From: an uncultured Clostridia bacterium
Lineage (GTDB): Bacteria; Bacillota; Clostridia; Christensenellales; Aristaeellaceae
Direction of reading: 5' to 3'
Length of the DNA stretch: 64,000 bases
Assembly: GCA_947565865.1 (NCBI GenBank)
Contig: CANOHT010000009.1
Span: forward strand, 10,142 to 74,141
The notes beneath the pieces are model-generated. The model did no database searches. It saw nothing but the letters and a program-made list of their open reading frames with translations, and was not told the DNA's origin. The stretch's first letter is position 1. Each line of letters opens with the position of its first letter. Positions 8,271 through 17,254 of this stretch are shown here, piece by piece. The translations under genes were made by a program, and so were the position numbers.

Positions 8271-9500
8271 TTATTCGGCGGCGCGCTGATCCATTTCCGG
8301 CGTCATCCGCGTTTTCACCAGGACGTTCAGCGTGGCGAAGACCACCAGCAGCAGAACCGTCACCAAAATGGCGCTCATGCCGCCGTTGAAGCCATAACGC
8401 TCGGCCAGACTGCCTACAATGGTCGGCATCAGGATGGCGCCGAAGGAGCCGATGGCCAGCAGCATGCTGGTGGCCATGGGATAGGTGTTGGTGAAGATGG
8501 CCGCGTCCGAGTAAATCATGGGGCAGATGCCCGCCATGCAAAGGCCCAGGCCGGCGACAGCCATGGTGACCATGGCAATGGAGCCGCTCAGGAGCATCAT
8601 GATAAAGAAAACCGCCGCGCCGAAGCTGGCAGCCATCATCAGCGTTTTCTGGCTGACCTTGGCGGACAGCGCGGCGCAGCCGAGGCGTCCCGCCAGCATC
8701 ACCACCCACAGCAGGGTCGCCATGGCCTGGCTGTACGCCGTCAGCGATATGCCGGAGGCCGCCATCGCTCCGAGCAGATTCTCCTTGTTCTGGATGTAGG
8801 TGACCAGCCAGCCGTTGATGGCATACTCGCTGCACAGGTAGCAAAACATCATCAAGGCAAGGATCAGGAAGGAAGGATTTCGGATGAAGACCATGGTAGC
8901 GTTGACCTTATCCTGACGGCTGGGGCTGTCGTGCTCCAGCTTCATGCGGCTGAAATTGCGCAGGCTCACGCAGCCCAGAAGGATGACATAGATCAGTCCG
9001 GCCTGCCAGCCAAGCCAGGTGCGCAGCAGCAGGAAGACCATGGGCGCCAGGATCGCGCCGACGGCAAAGGCGGAATGCAGCAGATTGGTGGCGGCGGGAC
9101 TTCCGCAAGAGAGCAGGTTGACCATGCGGTTGTCGAAGTTGGTCACGCTCCCGCGGCCCATACCGGTGAAAAGGAAGGCGAGGAACAGCCACGCCGGATG
9201 GCCGAAAAGCAGCATCATCGCGAAGCCGATGAAGGCCAGGGAGGAAAGCGCCATAATGGATTTCCGCTGGCCCAGCCATAGGGGAACAAGGCCGCTGATG
9301 AACCCCGCGATGAGGTTGCCAGCGGAGTGCGCGGACATGAACAGTCCGCTGAGGGTATCGCTGAGGCCATAGGCAGCCTTCAGGTCAGGCATGGCGCTGC
9401 CGTACATCAGCGATAATGAACCGTTGCAGAAAAAGGAAAAGAAGCAGGTGTACAGCAGGAATTTCCCGTGCTTGTCCAGCCTGTTGATAAATGAAAGCAT
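8271..9500 (-). CDS. MFS transporter (candidate hexuronate/galacturonate importer, judged by operon context only)
   Basis: The track ORF is 8271..9524. I set the start at ATG 9500 (MLSFINRL), preceded by AAGGAG on the minus strand. The protein is about 12-TM and hydrophobic. It lies directly downstream of uxaB-uxaA. Confidence 0.8.
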   Translation of the reverse strand: MLSFINRLDKHGKFLLYTCFFSFFCNGSLSLMYGSAMPDLKAAYGLSDTLSGLFMSAHSAGNLIAGFISGLVPLWLGQRKSIMALSSLAFIGFAMMLLFGHPAWLFLAFLFTGMGRGSVTNFDNRMVNLLSCGSPAATNLLHSAFAVGAILAPMVFLLLRTWLGWQAGLIYVILLGCVSLRNFSRMKLEHDSPSRQDKVNATMVFIRNPSFLILALMMFCYLCSEYAINGWLVTYIQNKENLLGAMAASGISLTAYSQAMATLLWVVMLAGRLGCAALSAKVSQKTLMMAASFGAAVFFIMMLLSGSIAMVTMAVAGLGLCMAGICPMIYSDAAIFTNTYPMATSMLLAIGSFGAILMPTIVGSLAERYGFNGGMSAILVTVLLLVVFATLNVLVKTRMTPEMDQRAAE

Positions 9501-9575
9501 ATGTTTTCTCCTTGGTGGCGACATAAAGACGAAACCTGACGTAGCTTGCGCCAGGTTTCGTAAAATGTACGGTTG

Positions 9576-11060
9576 TTACAGCGTTACGCCGGTCTTGAAG
9601 ATGGCCAGGTCATGGAAGCCGCGCTGCTCGGAGCACACAGGCCTGCCGCTGGCGGTCTCCAGCACGAAGTCCATCAGCTGCTGGCTCAGCTCAGGCAGGG
9701 ATTTGCCGTCGGTGAGCAGCGCGCCGGCGTTGAAGTCGATCCAGCCGGTCTTCCGGGTGGCCAGGGGCGTGTTGGAGGCGATTTTCACCGTGGGTACGGG
9801 ACAGGCGAAGGGCGTGCCCCGGCCGGTGGAGAACAGCACGATCTGCGCGCCGGAGGCTGCCAGGGCGGTGGAGGCTACCAGGTCGTTGCCCGGAGCGGAG
9901 AGCAGGTTCAGGCCGGATATTTTGACCTTCTCGCCATAGGCCAGCACGTCCTTGACGGGTGCGAAGCCGCTCTTCTGGGTGCAGCCCAGGGCCTTGTCCT
10001 CCAGGGTGGAAATGCCGCCGGCCTTGTTGCCGGGAGAGGGGTTCTCGTAGATTGTCTGGTGATGCTCTTCGAAGTAGCGCTTGAAGTCGTTGATGAGCGT
10101 CACCGTCTTGCGGAACATATCCTCGGTTTCGCAGCGATCCATCAGGATGGTTTCCGCACCGAACATTTCCGGCACCTCGGTGAGGATGGTTGTGCCGCCC
10201 TGAGCGACCAGCAGATCGGAGAAGCCGCCGATGACGGGGTTGGCGGTGATGCCGCTGAAGCCGTCAGAGCCGCCGCACTTCAGGCCGATGACCAGCTTGG
10301 AGGCGGGGCAGGGGACGCGGCGCTCCGCGCGCATGTTGGCGGCCAGCTCCCGGAGCAGAGACATAGCCGCCTCGAACTCGTCCTCCACCTGCTGGGTGAC
10401 AAGGAAACGTACCCGGGCCTTGTCATAGTCGCCCATATGCTCCTCGATGATGCTTACGCCGCTGTTCTCACAGCCCAGGCCCAGCACCAGTACGCCGCCC
10501 ACATTGGGATGCGTGGCCAGGTTGGCCAGGATGGTGCGGGTGTTTTCCTGGTCATCGCCCATCTGGGAGCAGCCGTAGGGGTGGGGGAAGGCGTAGACGT
10601 TCTCAACTCCGCTGCCTACCAGGCATTGCGCTTCCTTTTCCAGCGCCTTGGCAATGTCGTTGACGCAGCCGACGGTGGGGAGAATCCACAGCTCATTGCG
10701 AACGCCCACCCGGCCATCCCGGCGAGGATAGCCCATAAAGGTCGCGGGAGTGACGGCCTCCACCTGGGGGAAGGTGGGATGATATTCGTATTCCAGCTCG
10801 CCGGAGAGCAGCGTGCGCAGATTCTGCACATGGACATGGCTGCCCTGGGCGATGTCCTCCTTGGCACAGCCGATGGGGAAGCCGTACTTGACGACCATGC
10901 CGTCCTTGGCGATAGGGGACAGCGCGACCTTGTGGCCTGCGGGAATCGCCTCGCGGGTGGTTAGGGTCAGGCCGTCAACGGTGATGGTCGCGCCCGCGTC
11001 CAGGGCGGACAGGGCGACGGCCACATTATCCTTGGGGGTGATGCGAAGCAGCTCAGCCAT
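9576..11060 (-). CDS. uxaA: Altronate dehydratase
   Basis: 494 aa. The N-terminal SAF domain (ITPKDNVAVALSALDAGATITVDG...AGHKVALSPIAKDGMVVKYGFPIG) and the C-terminal GD_AH domain resemble E. coli UxaA. Confidence 0.9.
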   Translation of the reverse strand: MAELLRITPKDNVAVALSALDAGATITVDGLTLTTREAIPAGHKVALSPIAKDGMVVKYGFPIGCAKEDIAQGSHVHVQNLRTLLSGELEYEYHPTFPQVEAVTPATFMGYPRRDGRVGVRNELWILPTVGCVNDIAKALEKEAQCLVGSGVENVYAFPHPYGCSQMGDDQENTRTILANLATHPNVGGVLVLGLGCENSGVSIIEEHMGDYDKARVRFLVTQQVEDEFEAAMSLLRELAANMRAERRVPCPASKLVIGLKCGGSDGFSGITANPVIGGFSDLLVAQGGTTILTEVPEMFGAETILMDRCETEDMFRKTVTLINDFKRYFEEHHQTIYENPSPGNKAGGISTLEDKALGCTQKSGFAPVKDVLAYGEKVKISGLNLLSAPGNDLVASTALAASGAQIVLFSTGRGTPFACPVPTVKIASNTPLATRKTGWIDFNAGALLTDGKSLPELSQQLMDFVLETASGRPVCSEQRGFHDLAIFKTGVTL

Positions 11061-11063
11061 CGT

Positions 11064-12533
11064 TCAGCCTCCGAACTTTTCGGTCATCACGGTACGCATA
11101 CCGCGATTCAGGATGTCCGCCAGGGAGGCGGCGACGGATTCGATCAGCCCGGGAACCTTGCACAGGTCGGGGCCAAAGAAGGCTTCGTTGGACAGGAAGG
11201 CCTCCGCCTGCCGGGCCGGGGACTGGTCGGAGGTGGCGGCGAAGAACGCCAGCACCGCCGCGTCATCCTGCAGGGTGTAGGTCTGGCCGTCACGCTGGCA
11301 TTCCAGCTTGCCGTCCACCAGCTTGCCGCCGTGGTACAGGCCCATCAGGCTGGCCAGGGAGAAGGTCAGGTGCGGAGGCAGCTTGCCGGTCTTATCCACA
11401 TAGCCCAGCAGGGAGGGCATGCAGCGGGCGCGCCACTTGCTGACGCTGTTGAGGCAGATGGACAGCAGCGCGTGCTTGATGAAGGGATTGCGGAAGCGGC
11501 CGGTGACGGCCTCGGCAAAGGACATCAAATCTTCCTTGGGCAGGGCCAGGGTAGGAATGACCTCATCGTAAAGGGTTTCCTGCATGAAGCGGGCGATCAT
11601 GGGATCATTCATGGCGTCCAGCACATAGTCATAGCCGCACTGGAAGGCGGCGGGTACAAAGGAGGTGTGAGCGCCATTGAGGATGCGTACCTTCCGCTGC
11701 TTGTAGGGCTTCTGATTGTCGGTGTAAACAACGGGCAGGCCGCACTGGGGCAGGGGCAGCTCGGCGCTGATGTCCTTGTCGGACTCAATGACCCACAAGC
11801 CGAAGGGCTCGGCGGTGACCAGGATGCGATCCTCATAGCCCAGCTTGGCCCAAATGGCCTGATCCTCGCCACGGGGATAGCCGGTGACAATCCGATCCAC
11901 CAGGGTGGAGGTGAACACGCAGGCGGTTTCCAGCCAGGCGTCAAACTTTTCGCCCAGATTCCATACCTTGCTCAGCTGCTTGACGCACTGCTTCAGCATG
12001 ATGCCGTTGTCATCAATCAGCTCCACAGGAAGGATAATGAGGCCCTTATCCTGGGCATAGCTGAAATGCTCGGCGCGCTCGTACAGCAGCTTCGTCAGCT
12101 TGCCGGGATAGGTGTTGGGGGGGCAGAGTTCGATGCGGTCGCTTTCATCCAGCACGATGCCCGCCTCGGTGGTGTTGCTGACGATGAAGCGCAGCGTGTC
12201 CAGCTTGGCGTAAGCGGCGTATTGCTCGTAGTCCTGATAGGCGTCCACGGCGTCTGCCACGGAGGTGACGACGCGGGTCTGTTCCACCGCCTCGCCATCC
12301 ACCAGACCGCGCAGCATCACGGTATAGCGGTAATCCTGCTCCTTGAAGGCCGGGAACAGGTCGCCCATGGCGATGGGCTTCACCAGCGCCACGGAGCCGT
12401 TGAAGTCGGTTTTCTCGTTGGCGATGTCGATCATGTAATCAACGAAAGCGCGCAGGAAGTTGCCCTCGCCATACTGCAGGACGCGAATAGGCCGCTGGGG
12501 CGCCGGGTTCATGGATGCGCTGAGCCTTTCCAT
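11064..12533 (-). CDS. uxaB: Tagaturonate reductase (altronate oxidoreductase), mannitol dehydrogenase family
   Basis: The block IRVLQYGEGNFLRAFVDYMID is UxaB-like. The start at 12533 (MERLS) is preferred because GGAGGGG lies 10 nt upstream. The alternative ATG 12551 has no SD. Confidence 0.85.
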   Translation of the reverse strand: MERLSASMNPAPQRPIRVLQYGEGNFLRAFVDYMIDIANEKTDFNGSVALVKPIAMGDLFPAFKEQDYRYTVMLRGLVDGEAVEQTRVVTSVADAVDAYQDYEQYAAYAKLDTLRFIVSNTTEAGIVLDESDRIELCPPNTYPGKLTKLLYERAEHFSYAQDKGLIILPVELIDDNGIMLKQCVKQLSKVWNLGEKFDAWLETACVFTSTLVDRIVTGYPRGEDQAIWAKLGYEDRILVTAEPFGLWVIESDKDISAELPLPQCGLPVVYTDNQKPYKQRKVRILNGAHTSFVPAAFQCGYDYVLDAMNDPMIARFMQETLYDEVIPTLALPKEDLMSFAEAVTGRFRNPFIKHALLSICLNSVSKWRARCMPSLLGYVDKTGKLPPHLTFSLASLMGLYHGGKLVDGKLECQRDGQTYTLQDDAAVLAFFAATSDQSPARQAEAFLSNEAFFGPDLCKVPGLIESVAASLADILNRGMRTVMTEKFGG

Positions 12534-12605
12534 TTGGTTGATCCCCTCCATTGTATTTCTACCGGGCTGGCCCGGCGTGAAAATAATTACATCAAACCAA
12601 GTTCC

Positions 12606-12634
12606 ATTGTACTCCTGTTTACCGCTTTCGTCAA
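12606..12634 (-). promoter_or_regulatory. Sigma-A type promoter for the uxaB-uxaA-MFS operon
   Basis: On the minus strand: TTGACG (12634-12629), a 17-nt spacer, then TACAAT (12611-12606). Confidence 0.5.
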
Positions 12635-12716
12635 TCGGTTTTGTCCTGATTCAGACGCAATTTTCCCATGTCATCCTCGCCCAGCCTTAAAATCTTCGGA
12701 TAAAATAAGAAAGAGG

Positions 12717-12745
12717 TTGCAAAATAGGGGGAAAGCGTGTATAAT
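12717..12745 (+). promoter_or_regulatory. Sigma-A type promoter for the LacI-family regulator
   Basis: TTGCAA (12717-12722), a 17-nt spacer, then TATAAT (12740-12745). Confidence 0.55.
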
Positions 12746-12806
12746 TTTTCTGGCAAGAACCATGGAAATGCTTACATTATCACGCGACGGAAGGAGCGGC
12801 GTACCC

Positions 12807-13814
12807 GTGAACATTTATGATATTTCCCGGCGGGCAGGAGTGTCCATCGCCACGGTGTCGCGGGTACTGAACAACAGCCCCCATGTGAGCGACGTAACCC
12901 GCAAGAAGGTTCTGGCGGTGATTGAGGGCTGCGGCTATGTGCCCAACGCCTTTGCCCGAGGGCTGGGGCTGAATACCATGCAGACCATCGGCCTGCTTTG
13001 CCCCGACGCATCGGACCCATACCTTTCCCAGGCGCTGGCCAATCTGGAGCGATCCTTTCGCGCCCACGGATACGACTGCATTCTGTCCTGTACCGGGAAG
13101 GAGTTGTCCGCCCGCGTGCAGGGCGTGGAGCTTCTGCGCACCCGCCATGTGGACGGCATGGTGCTGATGGGTTCCTCCTTCATTGAGGAAAACGATCAGG
13201 ACAACGACTGCATCCGGGAGGCGGCGCGGGCCGTCCCCATTATCCTGCTGAACGGTTCGTTCCTGTGCGAGAACGTTTACTGCGTCCTGTGCGACGATCA
13301 GCAGGCAGCCTGCGAGGCTACGCGCTATTTGATCGACAGCGGACGGCGGCGGATTCTGTACCTGTACCACAGCCGGAACTATTCGGGCCGCAAGAAGCTG
13401 GCGGGCTACTGCGAGGGCCTGGTCAGCCGGGGCATTCCTCAGGATGAGCGCCTGATTAGCTTTTACGGCGAGGATAAGTCCAGCATTCATCGGGTGCGGG
13501 ATCATCTGCTGGCCCTGGACGCGGCGGGCGTCTGCTTTGACGCGGTGCTCACCAGCGAGGACGGCCTGGCCATGGGCGCGATGAAGTACGCCAAGGAGAG
13601 AAACCTTCGGGTGCCGGAGGAGCTGAGCATCATCGGTTACAACAACAGCGCCTACTGCCTGTGCTCCGAGCCGGAAATGACCAGCGTGGACAACAAGCTG
13701 GCGGTGATCTGCGACCATATTGTCGCCACCATGATGGGTGTGCTGGACGGCCGGGAAATGCCGCAGAAGACGGTCTTCACCGGCGAACTGGTACTGCGCG
13801 GAACCACCCTGTGA
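12807..13814 (+). CDS. LacI-family transcriptional regulator (probable hexuronate/pectin locus regulator)
   Basis: The HTH is NIYDISRRAGVSIATVSRVLNNSPHVS, followed by a periplasmic-binding-protein-like core. GTG 12807 lies 10 nt after AAGGAG 12791-12796. The in-frame ATG 12762 is an alternative but has no SD. The upstream part of track ORF 11331..13814 is antisense to uxaB. Confidence 0.85.
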   Translation: MNIYDISRRAGVSIATVSRVLNNSPHVSDVTRKKVLAVIEGCGYVPNAFARGLGLNTMQTIGLLCPDASDPYLSQALANLERSFRAHGYDCILSCTGKELSARVQGVELLRTRHVDGMVLMGSSFIEENDQDNDCIREAARAVPIILLNGSFLCENVYCVLCDDQQAACEATRYLIDSGRRRILYLYHSRNYSGRKKLAGYCEGLVSRGIPQDERLISFYGEDKSSIHRVRDHLLALDAAGVCFDAVLTSEDGLAMGAMKYAKERNLRVPEELSIIGYNNSAYCLCSEPEMTSVDNKLAVICDHIVATMMGVLDGREMPQKTVFTGELVLRGTTL

Positions 13815-13886
13815 CCCCGATCCGCCGGTGGCGGGTCTGTTATGATAAAGGTATTGTATTCTCATTCGTAAAGGAGCGATGATTCC

Positions 13887-15296
13887 ATGCAGAATTTCAT
13901 GGACAAGGATTTCCTGCTCAACACGGAAACCGCCCGCGTGCTCTATCATGAGTACGCCGCGAAGTGCCCCATCATTGATTATCATTGCCATATCAGCCCC
14001 AAGCAGATTTGGGATGACCTGCGGTACGAGAACATCACCCAGGTGTGGCTGGGCGGCGACCATTACAAGTGGCGGCTGATGCGCTGCGCCGGTGTGGATG
14101 AGCGCTACATCACCGGCGACGCTTCCGATTATGAGAAGTTCTGCAAGTGGGCGGAGGTTCTGGGCAAGGCCGTCGGCAACCCGCTGTATCATTGGTCTCA
14201 TCTGGAACTGCAGCGGTTCTTTGGCTACTATGGCGCGCTGTCCGCCAAGACGGCGGACGAGGTGTGGAACATCGCCAACGCCAAGCTGCAATCCGCGGGC
14301 TATTCCGTGCGCGGCCTCATCGCCATGAGCAATGTGGAAACCATCTGCACCACGGACGATCCCGTTGATACCCTGGAATGGCATCAGAAGCTGCTGGCGG
14401 ACGCTTCCTTCAAGACCAGTGTGCTGCCTGCCTGGCGCCCCGACAAGGCCATGAACCTGGAAAAGCCGGATTATCTGGCCTACCTGGCGAAGCTGGCGGA
14501 CGCCGCCGGCATGGCCATCAAGACCTTCGCTGACCTGAAGGCTGCCCTGGCCAAGCGGATGGCGTATTTTGCGGCCAATAACTGCTGCCTGTCCGACCAT
14601 GCGCTGAATTACGTCATGTATGCGCCCGCCACGGAGGAAGCCGTGGAGGCCATTTTCGCCAAGCGTTTGGCGGGCGGCGCCGTGTCAGCCGAGGAGGAGG
14701 CCGCCTTCAAGTATGCCTTCATGACCTTCTGCGCTTCCCGGTACAAGGAAATGAACTGGACGATGCAGCTGCACTACGGTTGCCGCCGGGATAATAACCT
14801 CACCCAGTATGCCAAGCTGGGCCCGGATACCGGCTATGACTGCATCAGCAATTACGCCCCCTCCGACCAGACTGCCGCTTTCCTGGGCGCGCTGGAAAAG
14901 GCGGGGAGCCTGCCCCAGACGGTGCTGTATTCCCTGAACCCCAACGACAATGCCGCCATCGACACCATCTGCGGCTGCTTCCAGTCCTCCGAGGCCGTGA
15001 GCAAGATTCAGCATGGCAGCGCCTGGTGGTTCAACGATCATTTCCAGGGTATGACCGAGCAGCTGACCTCCCTGGCGAACCTGGGCTACCTGGCCGGCTT
15101 CGTGGGGATGCTGACGGACAGCCGTTCCTTCCTGTCCTATCCCCGGCATGAGTACTTCCGCCGTATCCTGTGCCGCCTGCTGGGCGAATGGGTGGAGGAT
15201 GGCCGGTTCCCCCAGGATTACGATCTGCTGGCGGAAATCGTTCGCGGCGTGAGCTATGACAACGCCAAGAAGTATTTCCATTTCGCTTCCAAGTAA
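13887..15296 (+). CDS. uxaC: Glucuronate isomerase
   Basis: 469 aa. MQNFMDKDFLLNTETARVLYHEYAAKCPIIDYHCHISPKQI is the canonical UxaC N-terminus. Confidence 0.95.
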   Translation: MQNFMDKDFLLNTETARVLYHEYAAKCPIIDYHCHISPKQIWDDLRYENITQVWLGGDHYKWRLMRCAGVDERYITGDASDYEKFCKWAEVLGKAVGNPLYHWSHLELQRFFGYYGALSAKTADEVWNIANAKLQSAGYSVRGLIAMSNVETICTTDDPVDTLEWHQKLLADASFKTSVLPAWRPDKAMNLEKPDYLAYLAKLADAAGMAIKTFADLKAALAKRMAYFAANNCCLSDHALNYVMYAPATEEAVEAIFAKRLAGGAVSAEEEAAFKYAFMTFCASRYKEMNWTMQLHYGCRRDNNLTQYAKLGPDTGYDCISNYAPSDQTAAFLGALEKAGSLPQTVLYSLNPNDNAAIDTICGCFQSSEAVSKIQHGSAWWFNDHFQGMTEQLTSLANLGYLAGFVGMLTDSRSFLSYPRHEYFRRILCRLLGEWVEDGRFPQDYDLLAEIVRGVSYDNAKKYFHFASK

Positions 15297-15310
15297 AAGC
15301 CGGATCAATC

Positions 15311-15345
15311 AAGGCTCCTTCGCCATCGTGCGAAGGAGCCTTTCA
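15311..15345 (+). terminator. Hairpin terminator after uxaC
   Basis: AAGGCTCCTTCG-ccatcgtg-CGAAGGAGCCTT forms a perfect 12-bp stem starting 15 nt after the stop. The U-tract is short. Confidence 0.6.
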
Positions 15346-15352
15346 GCATGTC

Positions 15353-15378
15353 AAAATAGTGGCGGATACCACTTTTTT
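15353..15378. terminator. Second, bidirectional terminator-like hairpin
   Basis: AAAAT-AGTGG-cggata-CCACT-TTTTT. A near-identical module occurs at 53949-53975. Confidence 0.5.
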
Positions 15379-15552
15379 AGGGAGCTTTGTCCCGTTCCGC
15401 TGCGTGCCCTCACTGGTCGAACGGCCAAGCCGTTCCATGGCCGTTCAGACGTGTAAGCAGCTTTTGCTGTATTAGCGCAAAAACCGCAACATACCGCCGG
15501 TTTTTGAAGAACGGTCGAAGAGGCTGTTTGCTCTGCCGCTTTGAAAAACAAG

Positions 15553-16527
15553 TCAGTTCTGCCAATGGATTCGCGTGTCGGTCAGCATGGGGTAGGCGGT
15601 CACATTGCTGCCGTCCAGGTCAGTGCGGTGCATGTCCACGGCGGTGGGCTGGCTGTTGTCGTGGGTGGTATAGTAATATACGCCTTTGGCTGTGTTGCAG
15701 CAGCTGCTGTAAATGGTCAAATGGTCTTTGCCGTTGTCCAGCCGGACAAAGCCCTTGGGTACGCGCACACTGTTGAGAATGTGGAAGAACTGGCTGACGC
15801 TCTCGTTTTCTCCCTCGCCGCGGCGGCTGTTGTGGAGGGTGAAGGCCGCCCGGACAAAACGGGAGGTAGACGACGCGTCCCCCGGAAGCCCGAGCGCGCC
15901 AAGGCCCAGGCTGGTGGGGGTGAGGGCAAGGGCCGGGGCAAAGGCGTTGTTCGGTTCGTTGGGCGTCAGATGCAGATAGGAGCGCAGGGCGTCTAAATGG
16001 GTGGGGAAGGCCGGTTCATTGGTCAGTACGCCGATGGCGTTCTCGTGGATGCGCAGGCCTTCCGCGTGAGGCTCCAGCACGATGGCCTCCTGGGCATCGG
16101 CCAGCATCCAGTGGAGGGGGGACAGCGGCAGCTCGTCGCTGAAGGGCAGATTCAGCACATTCAGCCGGGCCAGCAGCGGCCTCGCCTGGGCGACGGTGGC
16201 GCACTGGGCCAGCAGCCAGGGAATCAGCTCAAAGGGCGTCACATTGTCCATGCCGGCGGTTTCTTCCCGGTAGACGGCGGTTTGCGGGAAGTTCAGCCCG
16301 GCCATGCTCAGCCCTTTCTCGTTGGTGGCCTCATAATAGAGCGGAAAGCCATCCTTCACATAAGCCATGCCGATCATGGCCAGATGATTGTCCAGCGTGC
16401 TTGCCTTGCGGAACCGCAGCGGATAGCGGCGAGGGGTGACGGCGACGGATTCATGGTAGGAATAGGATAAATCAAGATTCCGACCGAAATAATGGTCGCG
16501 GCTTTGGAAGCTGACGGCAGTACACAT
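15553..16527 (-). CDS. bsh: Choloylglycine (bile salt) hydrolase, Ntn-hydrolase C59 family
   Basis: MCTAVSFQSRDHYFGRNLDLSYSYHESVAVTPRRYPL has the Cys2 nucleophile and the linear-amide C-N hydrolase pattern. AGGAGG lies 8 nt upstream. Confidence 0.9.
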   Translation of the reverse strand: MCTAVSFQSRDHYFGRNLDLSYSYHESVAVTPRRYPLRFRKASTLDNHLAMIGMAYVKDGFPLYYEATNEKGLSMAGLNFPQTAVYREETAGMDNVTPFELIPWLLAQCATVAQARPLLARLNVLNLPFSDELPLSPLHWMLADAQEAIVLEPHAEGLRIHENAIGVLTNEPAFPTHLDALRSYLHLTPNEPNNAFAPALALTPTSLGLGALGLPGDASSTSRFVRAAFTLHNSRRGEGENESVSQFFHILNSVRVPKGFVRLDNGKDHLTIYSSCCNTAKGVYYYTTHDNSQPTAVDMHRTDLDGSNVTAYPMLTDTRIHWQN

Positions 16528-16563
16528 GGGCTTGGCCTCCTGTTCATAAGGGGAGTGTTTGTA

Positions 16564-17223
16564 TCATGGTGCCACGGAGCTGATGGATTCATGCGCCTTT
16601 TTAGGATTCAGAACCTCCGTGTCGCAGGCAGGCGTGAAGGCGGCGAGGGACGGATGGTCGGTCAGGCGGCGGACAATGCGCCAGCCCGGCAAACTCTCAT
16701 CATCTGCCAAGGGACGGAAGCCCAGGTCAAGATAGACCTTGCAGGCTACCCAGGAGGTGGTCTGGGTGGGGATCTTCGCGTGGGTGTAGCCCAGCGCAGC
16801 CATGATCCGCAGCACATGGAGGATCAGCGGCTTTGACAGCCCGCGCCCCTGACAATCCCGGCGGACGGCGACCCAGTGCAGCCAGGCGTCGCCGGAGGTA
16901 TCCCGGCCCTCGACATCGCGGTAGGCTGTGGCTGTGGCGACCTTTCGGCCGTCAGGGTCGATGACGAAGACCATTCGATGGCCCAGCTCGTCCTCATGGC
17001 CCCCATAATAGTGCTTCCAGGCGTCGAGCCCCTGTTCATAAGAAGCGAATTCTTTGGCGCTTTGCTCGATGTCGATCCAGGCATCCCGGTCGCCCGGCTG
17101 GTAAAAGGCGAAGCGGTAGCCCTCCGGCAGCGGGCGTTGGGGAAGATCGCACAGGGCCCGGCGAAGATGCAGTTCCACATAGCGGATGCGGTCATCATGG
17201 TTATCGAAAATGGGCAAAGACAT
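16564..17223 (-). CDS. GNAT-family N-acetyltransferase
   Basis: 219 aa. The acetyl-CoA binding block is HWVAVRRDCQGRGLSKPLILHVL. AAGGAGG lies 7 nt upstream. The gene ends 36 nt upstream of bsh. Confidence 0.8.
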   Translation of the reverse strand: MSLPIFDNHDDRIRYVELHLRRALCDLPQRPLPEGYRFAFYQPGDRDAWIDIEQSAKEFASYEQGLDAWKHYYGGHEDELGHRMVFVIDPDGRKVATATAYRDVEGRDTSGDAWLHWVAVRRDCQGRGLSKPLILHVLRIMAALGYTHAKIPTQTTSWVACKVYLDLGFRPLADDESLPGWRIVRRLTDHPSLAAFTPACDTEVLNPKKAHESISSVAP

Positions 17224-17254
17224 AGGGTGACCTCCTTGTAAATGGCCGAAGACC

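Noticed and set aside
8097-9281. A 394-aa His/Gly/Ala/Gln-rich plus-strand ORF.
   Set aside because: It lies entirely antisense to the 12-TM MFS transporter gene. It is low-complexity with no SD, so I treat it as a frame artefact.
11331-12761. The upstream two-thirds of the 827-aa plus-strand ORF that ends as the LacI-family regulator.
   Set aside because: This part is antisense to uxaB and has biased Gly/Ala/Leu/Gln composition. A consensus promoter (12717-12745) and an SD (12791-96) sit just before the HTH. The real gene therefore starts at 12807, or at 12762.
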